This document shows, piece by piece, positions 1-14,600 of a DNA stretch of 64,000 nucleotides (positions are counted from its first letter, which is position 1; each line of letters begins with the position of its first letter). The position numbers and the translations under genes were made by a program. The stretch is from Chrysomallon squamiferum (lineage: Eukaryota > Animalia > Mollusca). Location of the stretch: positions 35,774,001 through 35,838,000 of the forward strand of contig CM022670.1 in NCBI GenBank assembly GCA_012295275.1, read 5' to 3'. Under the pieces are notes generated by a model. That model had not been told where the DNA came from, did no database searches, and saw only the letters and a list, made by a program, of their open reading frames with translations.

Positions 1-358
1 GAATCCATTAAGTAAGATAAGTGGTTATTTGTTTCCTATTGTTGTTTCTTTTTTTGATGTATTTAAAAAACTTTTTATACAGTATACATTAAACAGATTA
101 ATACTTCAAAATCTAAGTCAGGTAAATCACATACCACCTTCTACATTTTCATTATTAGTAAACACAACATTTATAACTGATTAAAATTAACAGAAGCATT
201 ATCATGTAAAAACACTTATCTAAAATCAAAACATTATGATATTAAATGTCATCCACTATAAAAATTGCATTAGAAAAATATCACAGCTATATAGTTAAAA
301 TTTTCTTAAAGCTTAAAAATTATGAAAGTGTTAATTGGTAATTACAGATAAGCATGTT

Positions 359-394
<36 letters not shown>

Positions 395-1240
395 AAGAAA
401 GAAAAGAAAAAAATGTGCCAAAAAGTTAAAAATTTGGTTAATAAGTTTAAATATATGAAAACTTTCAAAATAAAATGAAATATTTAACTTACCTGCTGTA
501 TCATTTTCATATGTAAGAAATATGAAATGAAATATATATTCACCAAGTTGAACAACAATAAGTACCAGTACATCTCAATAAAATAAAAATCATAAAAAGA
601 TTTAAACATGAATGTGAAGTAATATTTTAAGTACCTAGAAACTTGTAATAATACAAGAAGCTTCTAACACACATCAAGAAAGGTAACAAGCAAATTATGA
701 CTTTTTACTTAAATTATACCACACTATATACATTAGATTTATTGAAAAGGTTATGATAAATTTTGCTATATTTTAAATCATTTTATGTATAATTATAAAT
801 TTATTTGCAGTAGACATTTTTTGCTGATAAATCAGTTCAGTGAAATTTAGTTCAGATACTAGGAACATTTATTTTTTTAATAGTTTGGTTAAACATTGCC
901 AAATGTGAGAATAGGTGAATGTGAAAAGTCTTTTAAAAATTATGAAATACGGTTGCCATTTGATCAAAACTCAATTTTCTCTGGAAAAAAAAAGAAAAAA
1001 AAAAGTAAAGAAATTTAGTTTTTTATCATAATATTAAACTAATATGTCATAGCACAAAAAAGTCACCAGAAACCAAAATATGAATACAGTGTGGTTATAA
1101 CTGCTTAGTGTTTGACATTTTTATTTTCATAACAACAGTTTTCATTTTCTTTATGGGAATATCCCTGGAAAATTATTTCAAAATGTATGTTAAACTATAT
1201 TCATAGACTGAGTAGATATCAGCAGATGTTTATGGGGTGA
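1..1240. repeat. Same spacer repeat unit downstream of copy 1 (continues off the window start)
   Basis: The same marker motifs occur at 124 and ~690, colinear with 20560-22000. Confidence 0.75.
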
Positions 1241-1523
1241 CATTTTTTTTTCATTTTATTTTTTTTTTTTTTCAATTTTTATTTTATATCTTTGTCCATC
1301 TCTTTTTCAAACTTTTTGGAAATTGATCTGGATCTGTGATGAGACAGCCTTTTCTTTCATATGATATCAACAAATTTTTCCAAACTGGATCTACCTCGAG
1401 TAGATTCTTGTTGCCTGAAGATTTAATAAACCAGTTTTAATCAGAAAACATACTGCAATAAACCACATATGTATAACATTTGCATAAATTAACTATTGGT
1501 GTCTTCTTCTTCTTTTCTTTTTT

Positions 1524-1556
<33 letters not shown>

Positions 1557-2106
1557 CATAGTTTGAATAGAAAAATTATAACATTTTGCTGCTTGATATT
1601 TATAAAATGTTCTTTTTTCAGTTAAAGATTTAAACTATAATTTGCTAAAAACTGAATTCACCATTAAGCAAAATTAAAATTTGCTTACAGCAGCTGGTCA
1701 ACTTAGTATCATTGTATTTTTCATTTATGTATTTTAATTCTACTTACATTTTTTTTATAATAGACTTTATTACTTTTATTTACTCAGAAAATCTGAAAAG
1801 ACAGGTCATAAACTTTCTTCTATTTCCTCTTGGCATTGGCTCTGGGTTTTTTTTCAGTTAATTAATGAACAGGATCCATAGGACATCACTCTGGAACTAT
1901 GCATAGAGCTCAAGTTGACCATAATCCTTATCTGACTTTTACTCTTTCAAGGAAACAATATACAATAAAGTAATTTCATGACATTTATAAATGAAATCTT
2001 ACCAACAATAATCAGTCCTTTCCTAGCTCTTGTCAGAGCAACATTTATCTGGTTTGCATCTGTAATGAATCCCAGATTGCTTTTGCACCATCCAAGTGTT
2101 GGAGCA

Positions 2107-2613
2107 GGTTCTATTTTGTAGGTTGGAAGAGACCGCACTGTACTGAATATAACATAGTCCCATTCACCTCCTATTAGTGAAGATAAAAAATAAAAGAGAA
2201 TTTTATTTCATTTTATTTTTTTAAATTTAAAAATTTCTTCATCCTATTAAAACAGCTAAAAATATGGTTTATCAAGGAAGAAAATCAGATTATGCCAACT
2301 GAATCAAATATAATTGTATTTCACAAAAGCCTGAATTACATGTTATCAAAAACCAAAGTGTAGGTTCTATTTTGTAGGTTGGCAGAGACCGCACTGTACT
2401 GAATATAACATAATTCCATTCACCTCCTGTTATGGTAGATAAAAAAATAAAAGAGAATTTTATTTGATTTTATTACATTTATAAATTTCTTCTTCCTGTT
2501 AAAATGACCAAAAATAAGGATTATCAAGGAAGAAAATCAGATTATGGCAACTGAATGAAATATAATTTTATTTCACAAAAGCCTGAATTATATATCATCA
2601 AAAACCAAAGTGT
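2107..2613. repeat. ~256-bp tandem duplication covering the 5' part of exon 18 plus intron in copy 1
   Basis: aggttctattttgtaggttgg...caaaaaccaaagtgtag occurs twice (from ~2107 and ~2363); the second unit has its own CAG acceptor at 2427-2429. Confidence 0.9.
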
Positions 2614-5600
2614 AGTTCATTTTCGAACCTATTTACTGCCATTATAATCATCCTTACTAAGTAAATATTTCTTTAATGATACTTTAGTCTACTTTTATAT
2701 TAATTAGCTTTTGTTGTGTGGTCTTTTCTACATTAGTGTCAAAAGAAAGGAAATTTGTTATCATCACCATAGAAGCTAGTCTTTAACCAGCATCCAGGAA
2801 TATTTTTATATGCAGCTATCCATTGACAGGAAGGCACAAATTATGTATGTTTTTTATAAACCAGTTATCAGATGACTATTTGGAATGGGAAATTGCCATA
2901 AAGATGACTGATCAATTGTGCCTCGGACAACCAGTCCACATCTGAAGTAAAGTCCATTATTTTTATAAAATATGACAATACCAGTAAGAATATAAAAGTA
3001 TTACCTTGACTTGATACTACAGTGCTGACATTCAGATTCCTGTAGCATGGACCTTCTGGGTTGTTTATTGAATTTTTGTATTCAGTTAGTTTTTGTTTCA
3101 AAATAGAAACCTGAGCATTATACTGAGATAAAACAACAATATTTCTTGAACACACACCAAACTCCTTCTCAATAAGCCATCTGTAGATCTGCACCTGTTA
3201 TAAATAAATGCAATAAAATTCCAATAGTTTGAAATTTACTTTAATACTAATTATAAAGTTACTCCAAGTCATGATTTGTATCTGAGCAAAACTTCAATTA
3301 GCACAAATATTTCCTAACTCATTCACTAGCCCTGCCTTTGCAATTGATTAAAAAAAAAAAATAAAAAAAAATAAAACATTATGAGAACTATCCTGTATTT
3401 TTTTATTAATCAAATTGCCAAACATGAAGTAATATGTTAAGTTGCTTTTGTTTCAATAACCAAGACATATAAGATGTCATTCTTGGAAGAAATAATTAAT
3501 AATGATTTTCTTAGCATAGATCCACAATAGGTGTATGGAGAAAATGGAGAAAATGGGGAAAATGCTGATGTGCAAAAGAAATTCACCATGAAAGAATTTG
3601 AACAAATATTTCAAGGTATAGAAACTCAAATTATGAATGCAAAAGTTAAAAAACTAAATAGAAAACTGTTAAATTGTACCTACTATAATATGAAAATGTA
3701 GATTTAATATTTAAACATTATTATTTCTAATTTCTTTTCTTTTTTTTCCTGTTTTTTTAATATTTTAATATTCTTCATTTCTATATCTTAATATATATTT
3801 TTTATATTTATTAATACCATTTTTTTTTTTCTTATCTGTAATAACTAATTAGTGCATTAATATTTTATTCAAATTACAGATTTTACAGTTAAAGTGAAAT
3901 AAACAGAATGGATTATTGAAAAATTAGCACTTAGAAAAGGAACTGTCAAGACATACCACTTTATCAGCTTCAGCCATGTTGGATTTGGATTGTTCCCTTC
4001 TTTTCTCCGTGCTGACTGTTAGAGTTTCCTCTGTTCCTTCAACATGGCAGAAAACAAGAGGAATCTTTGGATTTGGCCACAATTTCAGTGGAAAATCTTC
4101 ATCTTTTTCAATGCATCCAGTTTTTAGTTTGTTTTCATAGAATTCACATGAAGGAAATTCACATATTTCTGGATGCTGAAATATAAAAGTATAAGATGTA
4201 AGAATCCATTAAAACACAGTGAGCTTTGAACATATATTTAGCTATGCAGCAAGCAAACAGTGACATCCAAGATAGTGGTACAAATTTAATACCTACACCT
4301 ATATGAAAATTACCCTTTTTTTTTTTTTTTGACATAAAGTAGAAACATTAAAAATGCAAAGTCCATTGCAGAACAGATATGGACCTTAATTAGCTTCATA
4401 ATTTAACATTTTCAGTTACAAATGTAATGTATGTAGGGTTGCATTTGTTCTTTGTTTTTGTGATTTTCTAATACACTGTACACAGGAATCTTACCATTCT
4501 GTACTGAGTGTCAAGAAAAGTGAAAATTGATTTCTCTAAAGAATATCTTTCAAACAGTGACTGATCCATTCCTAATTCTGCTGCTTCAGAACACTGAATG
4601 ATGGGTCGGAGTTGCTTGTGATCTCCAATCAGTACAACCTGTTTTGCATCGGTCGCTATTATTGGAACCAGCGCCAATGGTTCTGGACACATTGCTGCAT
4701 CAACAATGATGCACTGAAAGATCTTCGTATTTTTCACAACCTTTGGATTTCCTCCTAAAGAACATGTACACAAAATTACTTCACATGACTGTAACTCTTC
4801 AGCATAAGCCTTTCCCACTATTCTTGAATACAGTTCTGTTATTGTCAGGTTGACTCTGTGAGGATCTGTAATTACTGTTCTTGGTATATTTAGCTCCATC
4901 TGTAGAGATTGAACAAGCCTGTTAATTTTACCATGGTCTTCACTTGTTTTGTTTGGTTTCAGCATCAGTGCAAACAGATCATCAAACATTCTGATATCCT
5001 TGGCATAACTTCCTCTCTCACGAATGATGTGATGAAGTGTAATGTCTCTAATTTCAGATTTAAGATCATGCATTAATCGCCTTGAGGTTACATTTCGGTT
5101 AGGAATGGGATAGTCTTGTTCCACTATATTGCTTCCATACATTCGTATCACCTTAGGGCATTCATTTCCAAAACGTTCTTTCAAATATCCTACAAAAAAG
5201 TAATAAATAAATAAATAAATAATATACATTTCTGAAAATTTTCAAGGAAAAATTCAATGTTTCATAATATGATCGAAGGTGTTATAAAAATTTGTACATT
5301 TTTAAACTGTGGGTTTGAAAATAAATTATGTTGATTACTGTATTACAGTTTGTCTAAGAAATATGTTAATCCCGCTTACGTGCAACCAAGTCAACAGATT
5401 TGTTTGAAGGTCCACAGAAAAGAACTTGAGTCTTCTCTCCACCCTGAGCTCGGACTTTTTTATTGATTTCATTGAACAGATAAATCAGTTTAATCCCTGT
5501 GTAAGTTTTGCCTGTTCCTAAAATATATACAGTTAGAAATAGTTTTAAAATAATAATGATTTAGTAATATTAATAATCATATATATATTTACGAAACTTG

Positions 5601-8600
5601 TTTTTAGTAGTTTCTAAATACTTGATCATAACAGTATCTAACAGCAATAATTTATTTTGATAAAGGTTAGGAAAAATATGCTCATTTTTGGAGGCTTTTA
5701 TGGATTTAGCACATCTTAATCTTATTTATACTAAATATCATATATTTGTATTCTAACAAAATTAAAATTATAATGATATTTAAAAAGACACAGTTCTCAA
5801 ACACAGAATAAACCTTAATATGATTTTAAACTAAAATACAAAACAGAAACAAATACTGAAATAACAATAAAAGAATTTACCTGGAGGGCCCTGAATGAGA
5901 GAAAAGCTCTTTTTCAAAGCATTTTCTATAGCTTCATGTTGTTTTGTATTATTTTTAGGAAGTGAAATATCCTCACCACCCTTAACTTCCTTATCCATTT
6001 GTCGTGTTATCTTCAGACGAATTTTAGCTGCAAAGAAAAATAAAATAAAATAAAATAAATAATATTAATTTAAAATTTCCTAAATTAAAAAATATCGTTT
6101 TAGCTTTTGTTAGAAATTAATTATTGAAAGAATATATAGCCTGCTTGTTAATATCTGTTCTTTTTCTTATTTTCTTTTTTCTCAACATCTAATTGTTGAA
6201 TATATCTGAAGTTTTCTTAGTCAGTTTACATCCTTCCCAACCAATTTAAATTATATATTTTTTGTTGTTGAGAAAGCCATTGATTGATTTGTATATGAAA
6301 AAGAAAACCCCAAAGATATGGATCATTATAATAAAAACATATTTGATTTATATTTTATTTTACTAATTTAAATTTACACATTTAAAATGAACTAGTTTTA
6401 CGATGTTACATTTTAATATTTAAAAAAAAAAACATTCTCACACTTTCTGACTGAATTAATAGACATTACTTATATAATCAAAAACAGTTTCTCAGAATAT
6501 GACCAAATTTTTTTTTATATTTGAAGGTAAATTTTTTACTTTATGATTTGCAACATATTCAGATGTTGACCTGTGAAAAGAAATCTCTGGAATGCTTTAT
6601 TCTTAGACAGGTATACTTACCTCATGTTTTCAGTCAAAAGTATCTACTAAGTGATGCCAAAAATAAATTATTTAATGTGTAAAAATTCAGATTACATGAG
6701 CTACATTTTATTCTCAATGAAGACAAAAAGAAAATCAACAGTTTAATAATTAAAAACTCACGTAGAGGAGGTGTGTTTCTATTCAGTACTATAGCTCTGA
6801 CCAACTTCCCCTTTTCTTCTGAATCATCTGCATTTTTAAGACTAGCAATAGCATGTTGTGTTCGTCTGTACAAATATAAGTTCTATTAACAAAAATATTT
6901 AAAAAATATTTGATTCACAATTTCATTAAAATAAAATTATTACCATCAATATTTGTTTTAAAAAATATATTCTGTTCATTGGACTAAATGTTCTGATAAA
7001 AACAAAAAAAAAAAAAAAAAAACTCTTAGAAATAAAACATTTGACAAAAAATATTTTTTTTTTTTTATGTTTTTACTTGTAGCATTTTGTGGGTTTTTTT
7101 TTAGAAAAATATAGAACATCTTACAAATATATACATTTTTTGCTGTCATAAACTGTAAAAATGCCTTGGGTGCTAACATGAATGAAGAGGATTAAGTTAC
7201 TAAACTATAGGTAATCTTTCACCTGTCTACTTGTATTTTGCAGATTATCTCCACTGTTCCTGTAATTCGACTCATCAGCATGAGATCAGCAGGTGGTGGA
7301 AGACTCTTATTATTCAATGCAAAAAATACAGTCACTTCGTCATCATCAGTATCAAGTGGTCTGGTTTTTTAATCACTGCTTTTACAATCTGACCATGACC
7401 AATCCAAGTCCTACTATTTTCCACACTCCTCCTGCCTACTATGTCAGGATAATCCAGGCAAAAACATCGAATGCACAGATAGTCAGTGGTATCATCCAGT
7501 CTTTTGGAAGTTTCTTAATAGTTTCCATGGGAAAACCATGGGTAAACTCAGTGTCAATGTTTTTCATAACAAAATGACACAGGAAGCTGAAATGATCCTG
7601 TGTAAATAGTTTTTCCTAAAACCTCTGTTTTTGTAAGGGTCAGATCAACTTTGTTAATAATAGGTGTTAGTCCACTAGAAACTGCTGATGAAGCTGCCTC
7701 CATTTCAATAATAGGTATCCATGCTTTTTTGTACTCCTCAATGGAGTAAAAACGCTTTTTTACAGAGCTGGTGGCATATTTGCTCAAAATGCCTACAGGA
7801 TCATCCATGTGTCTATGACAAGAGTTTGAGTCATCTAGATAACTGCTGTCACATTCATTCTCAACTTTGTCTTCATTTTCAAAAGAGGAGTTCCAGTCCT
7901 TGAGACTTAACATCCTGTCAATATCATCTTCATCAAAGCTAGCTTCCTTGGACAATTCACCTTCAGGCAAAGAGTTGACTGCAGTGGCTTTAAATGTACT
8001 GGAAATGGAATCAGTGTGTTTTCTAATCGCTGAAAATGAGGACATGTTTTGAATTATATTAATCTATGAACATTTTTAATTATACTTCCAAAACAAAACA
8101 CGTTTTGAAAGTATATTTTCTGACTTCAGTATTTGAAATTTATGATTAAAATGAAATTGTTTTCTATCAAAACAATTTGAAAAATTACAATATATAGTTT
8201 ATTACGAAAAATGGGAATGCAATACTGTTTTGTTTTTTTACTGCATTACTTTATCTATGTTTTGTAGAAAACACCTACGTTTTGATCTCTTTTTTCTGGG
8301 AATATGAGATTCCTTAACAGCTTTTGCTATTCTCTGTTCACTCTGAAATATTAAACATAAAACATTATTTTTCTTTTTGAAAATAAACAATATGCATTTA
8401 TCTTTTCAGTCAACTGATCTTGGTGCAATAGTTCTCCAATATAAGATACTCAAAACAAAAAATAAAAAGTCTTAAAAAACTACATTTTTAAACTTCAAAC
8501 ATAAACCCTTAGCAATTGAAATTAGGTGCAATACACTAACACTGTATACACCCATGTTGTAAATTCACATAGCTACACAGAAGAGAAACAAATTACATCC

Positions 8601-11600
8601 AAGAATCTCTATACGTTTTAAAAATAAACATTGGTTAAAGAACAGAAGAATGCATCTGAGGGTGTATTGCTTTACCTCAACAGCATGTGCAAATGTTCCT
8701 TCCAACCATGTTTCATCCAGCTTTTTAGCGTTTGGCTGTGTTTCTTCATCCACTTTCTTATAAAGCTCATTGAGATAGGACTCTGCATCCTTTTTCTCTT
8801 CCGCTTCCTGTGTTTTTCAAAAAACAAATTAAAATAATGGATGAACCACAAAATACTGACTACTGAGATAAAAGTATATTTTACAAGTGAATGATAAATG
8901 ATTGAGAAAATACTGTGGAAAAATACAAAAAGAAAATTATTTCAAATTTTTAACATATGAAGTATAATTAAAAATCATATATTTACAACCATCAAAAAAG
9001 AAACCACAAAGAATTTAATAGTCAGTATAAAGAATAGTATGTAATCATATCTCTTTATTTATCTGATATAGAAATGAATTCTTAATGTAACATTTATCCT
9101 CTTAGCATGTAAAACTTATACAAAATAAAACATTTCCTTACTTAAAAGCACGTTCTGAATAAAGTCAATGATAAAGAGAAAACATACAGAATCCAGCTTT
9201 ATTCTCTGTGTAAATTTTAGTGAAAGAACAAAATTAAAATATATTATATTTTACCTTAGCATATCTTACAGCATCTTCTGCTTTTTCAATAGCAGCAGGA
9301 ATTTGTCCCTTCAGTTCCAGAGCTTTTGCCCAGATTGAAAAGCCTTCACTGTTTTTGTAGTCATAAATTTTCTCTTCAGCTGTAAAACAATTACTTGTTG
9401 ATACAAATATTGCCAAATATGATATCATTTTCTTATTCATTTTGTTTTATACAATGATCAAGCTTTTTAAAATAATAATCATCTGTGTGTGTCTATATAT
9501 GCATACATACATGTGTCTGTATGTATGAGCATCTGTGTCTGGCTGTATGTTTCATGACAGTAGGTGTGTGTTTATGTGTGTAAACTGTTTTATTATTCTG
9601 TAAGAATTTTTCTGAAAAAAAGCAACTCACATTACACCAATAACCATGAAAATATTTGTACACATCAACATTTACATTAGTAATTAAAGTATTTATTTCT
9701 TACCAGTTTTACAGTGACACATTGCAAGATCCAGAGAATTCTGAAATATTTATATAATAATATAATAAAAATGGCATCACAGAATATAATATTACACTTT
9801 AAATTACTTTTTTTGATGAATACCGATTTTACAGAATTCTACTGTAAATCTTTAACATGAGTGAGTGACATCTCTTTGAGACTTAGCTCTCCTTTTATAA
9901 ATACCAGTTTGTATATTCCCTAATATGCAAGAAAACATTTTGAGAATATTTTATTTCATATTTTTAAATATTACCTGTAATCAAACTAAAATACAGATCT
10001 TGTCTGTTTTACTATTCACTGGATGGAAAACTATAACATTGGCATTACACTTCATTAGAGGCTGTCATAACTCTCATCAAGTGAATAATCAAATATTATT
10101 TAAAGAATATTTAGTTCCAAGGTTGCTGTTTAAATGATCATCTACCTGTACATATATATATATATATATATATATTTTAAACCCTCTTTGAGAGGGTTTT
10201 GTGTTACAAATATAAATAATACCTTTCTAATAATACATTTACTCAAATAAAGAAATAAAGTATTTTTTGAAGACTTACTCCATTTAATGCACTTCTTGCT
10301 TGAAGAAGTCGAAGTTCTCCAATCACATGCCAGTTCATATTTATATCAATAGAAAACAGTGAACAAGCACGAATCAGATCTGTACAACAGATGAAACAAA
10401 ATGCTGGTTTTTCTTCAATCATTTTCTTGGCTTGTGAAATTAAGCTTCTAATCAAAGTTAATACCTGAAAAACCAGTAAAAACAAATATATCATTCATCT
10501 GAGAAAGAAGGGGATATATAAGACTGTAATATACCAAAGTATTAACATATATCATGAACTAAATACTTCAATGAAGCCAGTGTTTTTGACCACATTTGTT
10601 GATCTAAAAAAACTATCATTTTTAACCAAAGGGCACTGGCAGACCTGCATTGTATATTCTAACCTGAATTAAAATATAACTGAATTATACATTTATCTTA
10701 AACAGCAAATAACTTGTGTATTGTTACATTTACACTTCTTTACACTTTAAGTTCAGTAAACATTTAAACTAAATATTTTTTATCTATAGAAAAGATGTTA
10801 TTAAGTCATCCCTGATTCTGAAAATAAACATTTTTGGAGCCCTGAAGCTAGAACAATTATCGAGCCTTTACAAGCATTATTTGTTTATTTATTTTATTTT
10901 AGGTTTTTTTTTTTTTTTTTTAAAGATTTCTATTACAGATATTTATTATCATTTAGATTGAGTTAAAATATAACTGAATTATACCTTTATCTTAAACAGC
11001 AAATAACATGTTTATAGTTATATTTTCAGTTTTTCTACACTTTAAATTTAGTAAAGATTTAAACTAAATACTTTATCTGTAGAAAAGATGCTATTATACA
11101 GTGATATGTATGATATATATGAAATTAGACTGATAATCATCCCTGATTCTGCAAATAATAAATATGATATTTAAAATATGTATATTAAATAGGCTACATT
11201 TTTCAGTCACTTCAGTTATTAATTTAGAATTTTTTATTTACACGTTCCAAGTTTTTTAAAGTTAGATTTAATAGTGTTAGTGTTTTTAAAAGTCAGATTT
11301 CACAGTGTTAGAATATACTATTTATCTTATATATAATAATAAATGCTGCAAGATACTGCAATAAATACTACAAGGTACTCGATGGTATATTAATCACAAA
11401 AGCCGAACTCCAGTCAGTCAAAACCATTTTAAACACAGACATTAAAAAATTAAGAAGTAAACCACAAAAGACAAATTTAAAAAAATGATTTGACACATTC
11501 AGAGTCTAATGTTTCTAGAATAATAACCTAGTGATTTATTATTTTGTTTATCAAGAATATTTAATTATATTCCAATTAATAAATTATTTGTGAATATTAT

Positions 11601-14600
11601 ACTACAGTTGTGAAAAAGAAAATATCAAATAATTTTATCAAGATATGTTAACGTAATTCTTATTTTACCATGTTCCAGTCCTGGTTTTGTCTGTATAATT
11701 CTAAAAACAGAAACTCTGTCAACATTTGACATGCCACATTGTATCGTGGAACAACTATATTGTTTTCTAGTAAGAAGAAGGTTGCCGTTCGCAAAAGTGA
11801 CATTGCTGAAAACAAAAACAGGTAAGAGAAACTAATCCTGAAAAATATGTATCTAGTTCTATCAAAAGCAAGTTACGAAGTAAATTAGAATTTATATATG
11901 GCAAAAAAAAAAAAAAAAAAAATGTTAGTGGCAAATTCTGTGTAATATTGTCTACCCTTAATATTATTGTTATTTTGACCTTTTTTAATTATTATTAAGG
12001 AAAGGTCTGATACATAACCAAATGACAGAAGATAATTGTTTACTCAGAGAAAACTAGACCAACAAATTAAAAAACAAAAATATAAAAAAACACATCCCAA
12101 ACAAAGATATATTATGAGTTAATGGCTGACATAGAAAGAATTTGAAAACAAATATTTATGCAAACACTGTAAGAATCATTTGGATGATCCAATATGATTT
12201 GCATTCTTTGAAAACAAAAATATATATATATATATATATATATTCAGATTCATGTCGACTTTCAAGATTTCAGGATATTCAGTTTATTATTGTTATTATT
12301 ATTTTATTTTTTATAAGTATTCAAAATATTAGAAATAGTAAATATATATGGATACTATCAAAGGATTTCTTAATTTGATGTAATTTATTATCATACTTAA
12401 TCATTAGTAAAGACTAGGATCAAAATCAACTTTAAAAATAATGTTTTAAGCCATTTATATACACAAATACAGGAACACTTTATTGTAATATTAATGCATG
12501 ATTTCATATTTCATCTTAGGTATTTTGATATTTCGCTACTTTTAAAGTGATATAAAAATTAAAAAATATCTCACCTCTTCAACAAATTTACAGATAGTTT
12601 CATTCAAATGTACAATGAAAAACTGCTCAGTTTCCCTGAAATTTCTGTCAGAAAAACTGAGGTAACTTTTTACTCTGGTTCCGAAATCATTTAGAACAGC
12701 TTCATCAAACTCATCAAGTCTGATTTTCTCTAATGCATATTCAAGAATGTCTCTCAGAGGTTCCATTGTGATGTTCACCTGATTGAAAATCATTATGATT
12801 AATGAACAAATGATGAACGAATGAGTGAACGAAACATCACAACGTATTTTAATGTGATCATCAAAATACTTATTCTATTTTAAACATATTTTATGCAAGG
12901 TAGGATTAAGCACTAGTGTAGGCCCTGTAACTTATGTTATAAACAGATCTCATAAAAATGCAAACATACATACACACATAAATCTGCCATTTCGGTAACA
13001 GTATTATTCATATGCACAAATGCAAACATTTACATTCAGGCATCAGTTCCAGATGTCAGAAGTAATAAAATTACAATTTAAAAGTAACATTTTCTAGATC
13101 CACTACCAATTTTATAACTTTTATCATAGTATTTGCTTTGTTTTCATTGTTATTATAACTCTGGTTAGTTCTATTATAAAACCTGAAGTTTGATAAAAAA
13201 AATAAATAAATTCAAATACACTTACCTGCTCTGAAACTGTTTTATCCAGGCATTTATTCATGACCACTGGTTTCTTTAAATATTAATATGTGTACCAGAC
13301 CAGTTATCCAGCAAGCTTGAAACTGAAAATTATCTAGATTTCTAGAATTTCAATTTTATTGAGCCAAGGCTTAACATATTTAATGTAAGATAATAAAAAG
13401 GAAAGAATCAATTAGCATTTACAGGATGCAAATTAATACATTTCTACAGTCAGTTTTCTCAAAATAGTCTGATACCTGTGTAATTTACAGTCAATATTTC
13501 AAAATAATCATCTGGCCTCATGCCTGAAATGTTTAGGCATTTTGCCTAATGACACCTCTTTGTCCTCCACAGATGACTCCTTTACCACTGCAGCTTTAAG
13601 AGACATTGTGCGTTCTCTGTTCACATCATCCAACAATAGCAGTCTCTGGGGACACACATCAAACTGGTTCCTGGAATATTTGCCTTTCAGAATTTCGGAC
13701 GGGCATGCTATGGTATATTGTCCATTGTAATGAGCATCTATAATCACTCTCAGAGGTTCATGGGCTCAACACGGCCCATGTGCACGGCTGGAACAGGCAC
13801 GGACACGTTGTCTCCTTCGTCTCCGGCGATCATCACAACACGTCAGCGTTTGATCATCCGTTCGGCTTGCTGAAATTGAATATCTCGGGCGAGTTTTCGC
13901 TTGGCGCTGATGTGAATACAGGAACTGCGTTAGGCGGCAACTGGTCATCTTCAGAGATGGGCTGCAGCTGATCAGTTTCCGAGTTGGGTAGCAACTGGTC
14001 AAGTTCGGAGTTGGGCTACTAACATGTTTTTAATGTCTGAGTTTGCCCGCTCTATAGGGCCCTGACTTTAGGGGTGTCTTGGTTTCCAGTGCATAAAGAC
14101 CAATTCGATCCACAATTCTAATTCCTTGACTATAACAGATGTAAAATCGGATCCGTTGTCATTCTGCAACAAACGGGGAGCTCAAAACATCAGAAAGATA
14201 ACCATCAGCTGCATGGCAGCTTCCGAGGCACACTTCGAAGTAACAGGCCCGAGAATACAGAATTTGGTCAAATGGTCCTGGTAAATCACGATCCATTTGT
14301 ATTTCCACTTGGTAAGGACTGCATGTCAACAAGATCCACTTGGCCAGATGATGAACACTCCTTGGTTAGAATCGTTTGGACCACCACTCCTTTTGAATGT
14401 TGACCTATTGCGTTTCTGTTGACAGATCATGCATAGCGACTTGAACAATTCGATAGTTGCACGTGTTACATTCACATACTTTTTGGATAGTTCTTTCAGC
14501 ATCCGATCAATTCCAGTGTGGCCTGTTGAGATGTGTGCCACTTGTTGATGTCAAAGGTGTCTTCAGTGGAAACATAGTTCAGAGATGCGTCTTCATCTGT

